Of a DNA stretch of 45,626 nt, positions 18,365 through 26,226 are shown piece by piece. Each line of letters begins with the position of its first letter. The first letter of the stretch is position 1. The notes beneath the pieces were generated by a model that saw only the letters and a program-made list of their open reading frames with translations, did not search any database and was not told where the DNA came from. The DNA is from a virus (Duplodnaviria; Heunggongvirae; Uroviricota; Caudoviricetes). The stretch lies in IMG/VR virus record IMGVR_UViG_2579779076_000011; one strand, 5' to 3'. The position numbers and the translations under genes are program-made.

Positions 18365-18433
18365 GCCCGCTTTTGGTACGAAGCGGGCAAGCTAACTGAG
18401 TTGAAAGTTCGCTGTGAGCGAGGAGCGGAAGTT
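18365..18433. repeat. structured repeat copy C (complete)
   Basis: GCCCGCTT-N8-AAGCGGGC hairpin, spacer, then TTCGCTGTGAGCGAGGAGCGGAAGTT; the 3-prime 24 nt are identical to copy B. Confidence 0.5.
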
Positions 18434-18518
18434 CGTAATTGTTCTCGCAGCTAGGGTAGCTAAAAGACACGGCAGGCAAATGTCTACATGTAGGATACAC
18501 TTGCTATTATCAAGAATT

Positions 18519-19298
18519 TTAGTCCTGAAGCATTTTAACTTTCTTCTCATGTTTTTTATATTCGCCTTTTATCCATTCAGGTTCTTCCCGAATAGCTGAG
18601 CGCATACAGTATGTTGGGATATCATTCCAGAAAGCTGTAATCGCATCTGCAAACTCTATAAACTGTGTTTCTGTAACCTCAAGTTGCTCATGACGTAGAC
18701 TAAATCTGTAGCCTCTTGGAATATTGATATCCTGATAATACTCAGGATGCGCGACGGAAAGCACCCGATGGGCATGGCCATCACCGTGCTTATAAACATT
18801 AACCACTTGGCGACAGGCATCGATTTTTTCGTAATAAGCCTTGCTGGTGATATCCATCCCAATCCATTCTAGAATTTCAATTAGCCTTGGGAAGCTAATG
18901 TCCCAGATCATCGATGTTACGGATTTAGCGTCGAGCCAATGGCTGAATTCTCTGATACACTTCTCTCTAAGTTCCTTGTCGAACTGATGAAACATTCCTG
19001 CTGTCAGAGCAAGTGAAACCGTATTTTTCATATCACTGAGAGCAATCCAATGTGAAATTCCTTCATCATGAGCCTGTTCACAGATAGCCCCTTCGTCGTC
19101 ATAATCGGGGTCAAAACGCTTACCGGCGGCCTCATAGTAATCTTGTTCTCTCTGCCTGGCTTCAGCTTCAAGATCAGAATCGCTAAACTGCGAAAATAGA
19201 CGCTTTCTGGCTTCAGCAACATAAAAATTGTGTTTGTCGAGGAAGTAAGACCGATCAATGGTTGCAAAATAAAAAAGTGAAAAATCTTTGTTGCTCAT
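18519..19298 (-). CDS. hypothetical protein (259 aa), orphan cargo gene
   Basis: Good SD (GAGGGAG) before ATG 19298; acidic protein with His-rich patch (HGDGHAH); no family recognised. Confidence 0.6.
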   Translation of the reverse strand: MSNKDFSLFYFATIDRSYFLDKHNFYVAEARKRLFSQFSDSDLEAEARQREQDYYEAAGKRFDPDYDDEGAICEQAHDEGISHWIALSDMKNTVSLALTAGMFHQFDKELREKCIREFSHWLDAKSVTSMIWDISFPRLIEILEWIGMDITSKAYYEKIDACRQVVNVYKHGDGHAHRVLSVAHPEYYQDINIPRGYRFSLRHEQLEVTETQFIEFADAITAFWNDIPTYCMRSAIREEPEWIKGEYKKHEKKVKMLQD

Positions 19299-19712
19299 GG
19301 GGATCTCCCTCGTTTTGTCAGTTGTACAAGCCCCTGGAAGTAGGCTACTAATAAAGAAAAAATTACCTTTGAATAACTGTGCAAGATAGCAGTACGCCTA
19401 AAAGTAGTGCAAGTATCCCAACCAGGATAACGATGCGTTTTCAAATATCTGACTTAACGCTTGCGATATCCGCTCTGGCAACAAAGTAGACTGTCAGATT
19501 AAATTTGTCTTCACGCCATAGATGTGTCAGCTCATATCTTATCTAATACACACAACATTCTCTCATTCTTAGAGAATTAATCTTTTAAGGGTAGGTGTTG
19601 ACGTTAGAACAAAAGAATAGATATTTTTGAAGCATATAATATGAGCTATAACCATAGGACGCATATAAAAGCTTACGGTGTGGTCTTATAATTTGGCACA
19701 AATGATTTACTA

Positions 19713-19739
19713 ACCCGCTTCGGCGGGTCTTCTTTTTTA
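19713..19739 (+). terminator. intrinsic terminator (ACCCGC-TTCG-GCGGGT + T-run)
   Basis: GC stem with TTCG tetraloop followed by CTTCTTTTTTAT; a TATAAT hexamer lies ~25 nt upstream at 19686-19691. Confidence 0.5.
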
Positions 19740-19807
19740 TAGACTTCACGATGTGAAAACGAATAATAAATTGTGCAAATAATGCAGTTTTATTATTCGA
19801 GGTAATT

Positions 19808-20449
19808 ATGAAAACCCTCTATGAGGACTGGCCTGAAACTTTCGTTAGCCGATTAGATATGTTACGAGCTCTGGATGATCGCGGCTCGACCCGGAGGCTC
19901 TATCTTGAGCGGACCGGGGCAATATTTGACGCTCTGGCAGAAGAGATACGTACAGCCGTTACCAGGCATCCTGAAATCGACGCGAGTGAACTTGATATCG
20001 GGCCGCTGTATCGCTATTACAAACGTGGAGAAAAGGGGAATCCGCTGGCTGACTTACTTATTGAGTTGGCTCCACCAACTTGTGAACGGGTTCGTATATC
20101 TCCTGAAGTGTACACAATCCCGTATCTGTTTTTTGCACTGTTGATAGCGCAAGGCGCTGACAACGATGCCCGCGATTTTTTCAATATGATGATGCGACCG
20201 TTAATCATCGCCTACCGTTTCAAACAACTGGCGCGTTACCTTGGCACTAAGGGCGGAGGACGACCACAGCACAGATTAAAAAGCGAAGCCATTGAACTGG
20301 CTGATCGTTTTTTTACTGAAAACCCGACAGCGCCATTATCGCGTGGTGTGCAATACATATCCGGTATTTTTGTGGCGAAATACTCTGACCCACCTGCAGC
20401 GTCGACGATTAGAAAATGGTTAATTTCAATTTACAGGAGTGATAAATAA
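19808..20449 (+). CDS. hypothetical protein (213 aa)
   Basis: SD GAGGT before ATG; no recognised motif. Confidence 0.55.
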   Translation: MKTLYEDWPETFVSRLDMLRALDDRGSTRRLYLERTGAIFDALAEEIRTAVTRHPEIDASELDIGPLYRYYKRGEKGNPLADLLIELAPPTCERVRISPEVYTIPYLFFALLIAQGADNDARDFFNMMMRPLIIAYRFKQLARYLGTKGGGRPQHRLKSEAIELADRFFTENPTAPLSRGVQYISGIFVAKYSDPPAASTIRKWLISIYRSDK

Positions 20450-20600
20450 TGACCATAAACGGTTTAATCCCCTATAAAACCGTTTAATAAAATTCACGAC
20501 GTGAATATAATTGTTCATTATTCCCTCATTGTATCTGGCGTTATGACAAATGCCATAAAATACTGTATAAATGTACAGGTAATGGCGTTAGGGGGAAGAC

Positions 20601-20780
20601 ATGAATATTCAAGAATCTATAGGCGAACTACCGGAAACATGCCGGGCTGTTATCAAGCGTAAGGACGGACACATCGTTGGTGTGCGTGTTCTGACTGATG
20701 ATGAACGGATTGCCAGCCTGATGGCGTTTCTCGAGTTGGCAGAAATAGCTGGATATACTATTACACCCCCTGACGCGTAA
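20601..20780 (+). CDS. hypothetical small protein (59 aa)
   Basis: Not in the ORF track (59 aa). Strong SD AGGGGGAAG before ATG 20601; translation MNIQESIGELPETCRAVIKRKDGHIVGVRVLTDDERIASLMAFLELAEIAGYTITPPDA. Confidence 0.4.
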   Translation: MNIQESIGELPETCRAVIKRKDGHIVGVRVLTDDERIASLMAFLELAEIAGYTITPPDA

Positions 20781-20857
20781 AACACGGTATAATATCGGTG
20801 CTGGATTGAACACCCGGCACCATTTTCTGAACACTGCCGCGCCACCTGGAGTTAACC

Positions 20858-21454
20858 ATGGCGCAGCATTCATTTATCAGGGTATCCGGCGGTTCGCTAA
20901 TACCCGCGACACCAGACACGCAACGCTGGTTGACTGAACGAGTCAAACCAGGTGCTGTTGTGTATGCAGATTTCAAACAGGCACGCAATCCCGCGTTTCA
21001 CCGTAAATTTTTCTCACTTCTCAACCTGGGCTTTGATTACTGGCATCCGTCCGGAGGGGCTATTTCTCCTGCGGAGCGCGAACTGGTTCACGGCTACGTT
21101 AAGTTACTGGCGTATTACGGTGGACACGGTGATGTCATGGCAGAGCTGGCTGATCAGTATCTTCTCGATGAGTCGGAAAAGCGCGCGGGGAATATCAGTG
21201 CGGTGAAGTCGTTCGAGGCGTTTCGCGCATGGGCGATTATGGAAGCTGGGTTTTATGACGTTCATCAGATGCCAGACGGCAGTTTGATGCGCGTACCTCG
21301 TTCAATCTCGTTTGCTGCGATGGACGATCTTGAGTTCGGTCAACTGTATTCAGCCGTTTTAGATGTGCTGTGGAATTATATTTTGTTCCGCACGTTTGCC
21401 TCTCAGGAGGCTGCTGAAAATGCTGCCGCGCAGCTGCTGGATTACACATCATGA
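20858..21454 (+). CDS. nin-region-type protein (YbcN/DUF1367-like, tentative)
   Basis: SD GGAG before ATG; 198 aa; position before a small Cys/His protein and a Q-like gene mirrors lambdoid nin regions. Family from memory. Confidence 0.45.
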   Translation: MAQHSFIRVSGGSLIPATPDTQRWLTERVKPGAVVYADFKQARNPAFHRKFFSLLNLGFDYWHPSGGAISPAERELVHGYVKLLAYYGGHGDVMAELADQYLLDESEKRAGNISAVKSFEAFRAWAIMEAGFYDVHQMPDGSLMRVPRSISFAAMDDLEFGQLYSAVLDVLWNYILFRTFASQEAAENAAAQLLDYTS

Positions 21455-21744
21455 AAAAAATCGACCTGAGAAAAGCTGCACGTGGTCGCGCTTGTACTGT
21501 GCGTATCCCCGGTGTGTGCAATCACAATCCTGAAACCAGCGTACTGGCTCATTATCGTCTCGCCGGAACGTGCGGCACAGCCATCAAACCTCACGATATG
21601 CAGGGCGCTATCGCCTGTAGTGCGTGTCACGATGCCATCGACGGACGTACAAAAACGGATTACGAGCACGACTCATTGTTGTTGATGCACGCTGAGGGAG
21701 TTTTCAGAACACTGGCTATCTGGCGCGATGAGGAGTTTATCTGA
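21451..21744 (+). CDS. small Cys/His-rich nin-region protein (YbcO/DUF1364-like, putative metal-binding nuclease-like)
   Basis: 97 aa with CTVRIPGVCNH .. CSACHDAIDG pattern; ATGA overlap with the upstream gene. Confidence 0.45.
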   Translation: MKKIDLRKAARGRACTVRIPGVCNHNPETSVLAHYRLAGTCGTAIKPHDMQGAIACSACHDAIDGRTKTDYEHDSLLLMHAEGVFRTLAIWRDEEFI

Positions 21745-22415
21745 TGAGTAACGAGTATTTATTGGAATATACCCGCATAAAACTGCGCGCTGCATTGCGG
21801 GATTTGTCTGGTGGTTCTAAGGGGCAACTGGAAGCATTGTGTGAGCACCCACCGGCAGATAAAAACGCATACCCACGCAAACATATTCATCGTGTGCAAC
21901 TGGAGGACCGGACCGTTGATGCTCTGGTTACGCCAGTTTACGCTCTGGAAAGTTTTAGCAGACGTCGCCCCGCGCCGCCGATGAATGATTTTGAATTTGC
22001 TGATTCATCCTGGCGGCGTTCTGTGAACTCGCTGGATGCAAGTCAGCAAGCGTGGTTGCGTTATTGCTACGGTGGTAACCTGGCATTCAAACACCAAACA
22101 GCTATTTGTGAGGCTGTCTGGAGTCGCTATAAAGGACACATCCCCGCGTCAACTCAGAGAAAAGTAGTTAAGCGCCTGCTTTCGTTGGTGTGGTTGTCCG
22201 TGCAGGCGGTTGCAGCAGCAAATAAACGCGAGGATTTTAAGGAGATGGCCGGGTCTGCGCTAGCTGGAATGTTGTCTGTTTCTCGTTCCACCTGGTGCGA
22301 AACATACTCCCCGCACTGGGCAGGAATGAAAGAGGCGGTGAGAGCACTTGATGAAATGGCACTTCTTGCAACTTTGCATCACTATCAGAACCATTTAGAC
22401 GATGTTTGCGTATAA
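21744..22415 (+). CDS. putative late-gene antiterminator (Q-like), tentative
   Basis: 223 aa gene immediately upstream of a promoter/terminator-like region and the lysis cassette; SD GAGGAG. Assigned by position, sequence not verified. Confidence 0.4.
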   Translation: MSNEYLLEYTRIKLRAALRDLSGGSKGQLEALCEHPPADKNAYPRKHIHRVQLEDRTVDALVTPVYALESFSRRRPAPPMNDFEFADSSWRRSVNSLDASQQAWLRYCYGGNLAFKHQTAICEAVWSRYKGHIPASTQRKVVKRLLSLVWLSVQAVAAANKREDFKEMAGSALAGMLSVSRSTWCETYSPHWAGMKEAVRALDEMALLATLHHYQNHLDDVCV

Positions 22416-22483
22416 TGCTTGCAAAACCGAACAAAATAGACCATATTTAACGCTAATTTGGTATGTTGCCAAATTTCTAAGAA

Positions 22484-22510
22484 CCTCGCCACGGCGGGGT
22501 TTTGTCGTTT
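22484..22510 (+). terminator. tR-prime-like terminator downstream of putative late promoter
   Basis: CCTCGCC-ACG-GCGGGG hairpin followed by TTTTGTCGTTT, between the Q-like gene and the holin gene. Confidence 0.4.
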
Positions 22511-22527
22511 CTGAATCAGGAAAAATC

Positions 22528-22911
22528 ATGTCTGAACCTCTAACCGCTGGCGTTGCTGCTGGCTCGGCGGGGGTGACGTTTGCTGCGTTATTTCCTGAGG
22601 CAACACCTGCAGTGATGATCTGTGCGCTGGCTGGCGCAGCTCTCTATGTGTTGTCGTCCGGGCAGCATCGATTCTGGAAGCAGGTTATTTTCGCACTCAT
22701 TTCGTTTGTTGGCGGTGTGTATTGCGCTGAGACAGCGTCAGCCATCATTACCGGTATTCTGAACGCGGTGCTGAGTCACCTGAACCCTCCCGTAACAGTA
22801 AAAGTCTCTCCCGCCATTGGTGCACTGGTTGCATCAGTAATCAGCGTTACATCACTGTTGCGGATCATGTCACAAGCTCGTTTATGGAAATCAGATAAGG
22901 GGATGAAATAA
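22528..22911 (+). CDS. putative holin (three predicted transmembrane segments)
   Basis: First gene of the lysis cassette; SD AGGAAAA before ATG 22528 (ORF track extends upstream to 22402); hydrophobic helices; charged C-terminus. Confidence 0.5.
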   Translation: MSEPLTAGVAAGSAGVTFAALFPEATPAVMICALAGAALYVLSSGQHRFWKQVIFALISFVGGVYCAETASAIITGILNAVLSHLNPPVTVKVSPAIGALVASVISVTSLLRIMSQARLWKSDKGMK

Positions 22912-23183
22912 TGACCCTGCACTCTGTCCTCATTAATGCCAATGCAATTATCTGTCTGATGCTGGCACTGCGGTTGATGTTTTTTCAAAAAACAGGCCGC
23001 TATCGTTTTTTCATCTCACTAACTGCTTACCTGGCGATTCTGTCTGCTGCGTGGATAGCCCTACGAATTTTTTACGGGAAATATACGCAGGTTGATCCCG
23101 CAGAGTTCTTTCTCAATCTCACCATCTGTATTGCTGTCTGGCGGGCACGAGGGAATATTTCAAAAATAACAGGAGACAGGTAA
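22911..23183 (+). CDS. small membrane protein of lysis cassette (holin/antiholin-like)
   Basis: 90 aa with two to three hydrophobic helices; ATGA overlap with the upstream gene. Confidence 0.4.
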   Translation: MTLHSVLINANAIICLMLALRLMFFQKTGRYRFFISLTAYLAILSAAWIALRIFYGKYTQVDPAEFFLNLTICIAVWRARGNISKITGDR

Positions 23184-23662
23184 TGACCGATCCTAAATGG
23201 CTAATTGAGGCACGAAAAAATCTCGGCATTCGGGAAATGAAAGGGAAGCAACATGCTGCAGAAATTGTGCAGTACTGGAAAGATATCAAACGCGGCGGCA
23301 TTAAGGATGATGAAACCCCGTGGTGCGCTGCCTTCACCGGAGCAATGCTGGAACGTGTAGGTATTCGCTCAACGCGTTTTGAGTCTGCGAATTCTTATCT
23401 CGATTGGGGTAATGAACTGAAGGAACCCGCCTATGGATGCATTGCTATTCTGTCTCGGTCTGGCGGTGGTCACGTTGGCTTTGTTGTCGGGAAAAATGCC
23501 GCCGGGGATTTAATGATTTTGGGTGGTAACCAGGCAGATGAAGTAAATATCAAAGCTTTTCCTCGTTCCCGCGTAACAGGCTACCGCTGGCCAGCAGGCC
23601 AAACTGATGTTCCACAATCACTTCCATTCGTGAATGCTGAGAAATCTATCTCAGAAGCGTAG
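23183..23662 (+). CDS. putative endolysin, CHAP/NlpC-P60-like cysteine peptidase type
   Basis: Cys in ETPWCAAF and His in GGGHVGFVVG form a papain-like Cys/His pair; sits between the holin-like genes and a small lipoprotein. Confidence 0.5.
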   Translation: MTDPKWLIEARKNLGIREMKGKQHAAEIVQYWKDIKRGGIKDDETPWCAAFTGAMLERVGIRSTRFESANSYLDWGNELKEPAYGCIAILSRSGGGHVGFVVGKNAAGDLMILGGNQADEVNIKAFPRSRVTGYRWPAGQTDVPQSLPFVNAEKSISEA

Positions 23663-23669
23663 GTAAAAC

Positions 23670-23861
23670 GTGAAAAAACTTCTCTTAGCTGTCGCGTTCT
23701 TCACGATGGCAGGCTGTACACATTCGACATACACCGAAGCGACTCGCGCTGACGGCAGCAGCATTAAACACGTGATGATCGCGCCGGGTACGAAAATTAC
23801 CACTGCGGACGGTGGTTGTATTGATTCAACTGGTGTCGTAACGGCTTGCCAGTCAAAGTGA
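23670..23861 (+). CDS. small lipoprotein (possible outer-membrane spanin-like component)
   Basis: Signal peptide with lipobox MAGC; 63 aa; immediately follows the endolysin. Not proline-rich and no C-terminal transmembrane segment, so the spanin call is weak. Confidence 0.4.
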   Translation: MKKLLLAVAFFTMAGCTHSTYTEATRADGSSIKHVMIAPGTKITTADGGCIDSTGVVTACQSK

Positions 23862-23962
23862 TTGTAACTTGCTGTTTTCGATATTAAGTACCTTGAATTA
23901 GGTTTACGAGTTGGCATTATAGAAAAACTATATGGTTCACTAATGTGACATAAGGAAATATT

Positions 23963-24211
23963 ATGCCTAAGTTAAAACTTGTTAAGACATTGCTATTGCC
24001 AGGTAATAATAAGTATGAGATTTATGCAAGAAATGAATATAGCAACGTAGAACAAATTATTCACTATAAACTGCGCTCTTGTAAGAACGAGCAAGGCCAG
24101 GATGGAATGTCTGAGGCGCAATGGGTTATTTATAATCCATTGTTTCCATTACCAGATGACCGCAATTATGCAAGTGTATCAAATATAGACGACTATCTGG
24201 TCGATTGCTAA
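23963..24211 (+). CDS. hypothetical protein (82 aa), AT-rich
   Basis: SD AAGGAAA before ATG; followed by a bidirectional terminator. Confidence 0.4.
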   Translation: MPKLKLVKTLLLPGNNKYEIYARNEYSNVEQIIHYKLRSCKNEQGQDGMSEAQWVIYNPLFPLPDDRNYASVSNIDDYLVDC

Positions 24212-24218
24212 GTGAAAT

Positions 24219-24243
24219 CAAACCGCCTATGGGCGGTTTTTAT
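24219..24243. terminator. bidirectional intrinsic terminator
   Basis: AAACCGCC-TATG-GGCGGTTTTT; A-run on one side and T-run on the other; sits between convergent genes. Confidence 0.55.
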
Positions 24244-24284
24244 TGCCATCACCATGGGAAGACATATAGTAATGGCATTTATCA

Positions 24285-24755
24285 TTATTCTTTGACGATA
24301 ATGCTCGACTCTGCTGCTTCGCTATCTTTCTTGGCAGAAAGCTCAGCTTTCAACTTCGAAAGGAGAGATGCTTCCATTGCATTAAGTATTGATTCGGTTT
24401 CAGAGTTAAATCCAGTGAATTTGATAATGCGTTTCGTAACTTTTCCTTTTTCAGCGCTTGCTGCCAGACCGACATCGGTAGCGCTAACTTTCGCGCCTAC
24501 GTCGCCCTTCAGCGAGTTGCCGTAATATTCTTCTATTTCGACAGTTTCAGAGATTAAAGTGCGTCTGGCGATGGCAAGTTCTTGCTCGATTTTTGAATAG
24601 GAATGTAGAGCCTCAGCTGTAATCTCCTCGCTCTCTACTGGGAATGTAGGATTTCTGGTATCGCGAACACTAATATCTCTAACGTCAAAACCAATGATAT
24701 TCGAGGTAGCAGTTGTTGCTGCGAGTTTGAGTATTGTCAAAACCAGTTCATTCAT
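24285..24755 (-). CDS. hypothetical protein (156 aa)
   Basis: Intact minus-strand ORF with SD (plus strand CTCCAG..., i.e. CTGGAGGCTAAAAATG on minus). Confidence 0.5.
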   Translation of the reverse strand: MNELVLTILKLAATTATSNIIGFDVRDISVRDTRNPTFPVESEEITAEALHSYSKIEQELAIARRTLISETVEIEEYYGNSLKGDVGAKVSATDVGLAASAEKGKVTKRIIKFTGFNSETESILNAMEASLLSKLKAELSAKKDSEAAESSIIVKE

Positions 24756-24794
24756 TTTTAGCCTCCAGAGAATTGATTTAAGAATAACAAGTTA

Positions 24795-24974
24795 ATGAAA
24801 AATTCCAAATGGCAAACCGGGACTGGGCTTGAACTTCAGAAGCGGTTCCTATCCGAGTACGTCAAATCATGTGTATCACCGAAAGAATGGTGTGACGCGC
24901 AGGGACTGAGCTTCGCAACAGCTCGCCGACGTATAAAAAACAACTGCGCAATGTGCCAAAGAGCTGGTGGCTGA
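24795..24974 (+). CDS. small HTH-like ORF (59 aa) resembling the N-terminal DNA-binding region of small terminase subunits; possible gene remnant
   Basis: Not in the ORF track. Translation MKNSKWQTGTGLELQKRFLSEYVKSCVSPKEWCDAQGLSFATARRRIKNNCAMCQRAGG; no clear SD. Confidence 0.2.
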   Translation: MKNSKWQTGTGLELQKRFLSEYVKSCVSPKEWCDAQGLSFATARRRIKNNCAMCQRAGG

Positions 24975-25040
24975 TGAAAGAGACGCTTTACTTAAACGAG
25001 AGGCCGCCTTTTTGTTTTAAGGCGGCACACATTCAACAGG

Positions 25041-25304
25041 TTAAGGTAACCGATTTGACCATTTAGTTGCACGCCAGTTGTTCTGAATCATAATCTCCTC
25101 AAGTATCTCATCTGAAGGCTCTGCTTCGCCGCTTAACCATTCTCTTAAAGTTGGACAATGTAGGTAAGAGGAGTTCGCACGATAAAAAGATACGATGGCG
25201 TCCTCTGATAACTTCTCAGGAAATTTTTTGGGGTCAGCTTCTTTTAATATTACGCTCATTAAGGCTTCGATTTTTTCTTTGTTCATTTTTTTTTGTGTGC
25301 TCAT
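25041..25304 (-). CDS. hypothetical protein (87 aa)
   Basis: Intact ORF, acidic protein; no motif. Confidence 0.45.
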   Translation of the reverse strand: MSTQKKMNKEKIEALMSVILKEADPKKFPEKLSEDAIVSFYRANSSYLHCPTLREWLSGEAEPSDEILEEIMIQNNWRATKWSNRLP

Positions 25305-25534
25305 GGTTGTTGCTTTTCTGTAAGAATATCAATAATTTCAAGATATATACACATAGGGAAAACTTTGTTCGGTAGTCTATCGATACAGCGCAAAAGGATG
25401 GCTCGCTGCCAAAGTGAAAGCTTACGCTGATAATGAGATACACAAAGCTGATGTATGCAAACAAGTACGCCGCGAGGCTACAGTCGAGTTTGATGAACCT
25501 GATGCGAGCCCCCGATTCCTGTCCTGAAAGGGAT

Positions 25535-25650
25535 ATAGCCCCCCTGGTCGCGGGTCCTTTCCGAAATTCAAAACACCGAGGGTCGGTAGACGCGCAAAAA
25601 CTCACTCATTTTTAGTATTTTTTCATTTTATGTATTTCCGGTTCCGGTGA
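25535..25650. other. candidate lambda-like cos region (cosN-like and cosB-like) upstream of terminase
   Basis: CCCCTGGTCGCGGGTCCTTTCCG recalls the lambda cos core (..GACCTCGCGGGTTTTCGC) and TTTCCGGTTCC recalls the Nu1-binding R-site (GTTTCCGTTCT); sits just upstream of a Nu1-like gene. Lambda sequence from memory. Confidence 0.3.
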
Positions 25651-25659
25651 GGATTTTTA

Positions 25660-26226
25660 ATGGCAAGTCAGGCTGAGGTCGCAGCACATTTACTGCTATC
25701 AGATCGTCGTCTGCGCGATCTCGCAAAACTTCCGGGAGCACCAGTCCCACAAGGACGTGGTGATTGGGAGCTAGACGCCTGGCGCCATTTCTATATTCAT
25801 TATCTCCGGAGTAATAGACGCGACACAGTTGGTACTGACGAACCGGAAGTGGGGGACAATTCTCCCGAAAAAAATCGCGAGCAGTGGCTGAAAAATGAGG
25901 AACGACAGGAGCGAATCCTGATGGCTCGCGTGAAACGCCGCATTCTTGCTAAACGCTACGCGCCAATTGAATTAATCAGCGTCGCTGTATCTCGCGTCGC
26001 AGTTGAATTACGTACCCGTGTCGAATCGTGGCCACCACGGTTGAAAAAGGTGTGGCCTGAAATGCCGCAGGAGGCGAGCAGTGTTTTACGAGAGGAGCTG
26101 GCGATAGCCCTGAATGAACTGGCAGACATACGAGTCGACTTCAGCGATTACGATGTCAGCGATATCGAACGCGATCTCGACAGGGTTGAATCCCTTGCGC
26201 GTGACGATACCGATGACGGGGGTTGA
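25660..26226 (+). CDS. terminase small subunit (lambda Nu1-like)
   Basis: Position immediately upstream of and overlapping the gpA-like large subunit; N-terminal DNA-binding-like region. Confidence 0.6.
   Translation: MASQAEVAAHLLLSDRRLRDLAKLPGAPVPQGRGDWELDAWRHFYIHYLRSNRRDTVGTDEPEVGDNSPEKNREQWLKNEERQERILMARVKRRILAKRYAPIELISVAVSRVAVELRTRVESWPPRLKKVWPEMPQEASSVLREELAIALNELADIRVDFSDYDVSDIERDLDRVESLARDDTDDGG

Noticed and set aside
15465-18433. CRISPR array as explanation for the repeated elements
   Set aside because: Only three copies, 1.1-1.7 kb apart with whole genes between them, imperfectly conserved and internally hairpinned; not short regularly spaced direct repeats with unique spacers.
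15465-18433. REP/ERIC or integron attC identity for the repeats
   Set aside because: The TGAGCGAGG core only loosely recalls ERIC, and the ends do not fit the attC R-site consensus as I remember it; no integron integrase gene is present. Left as an unclassified repeat family.
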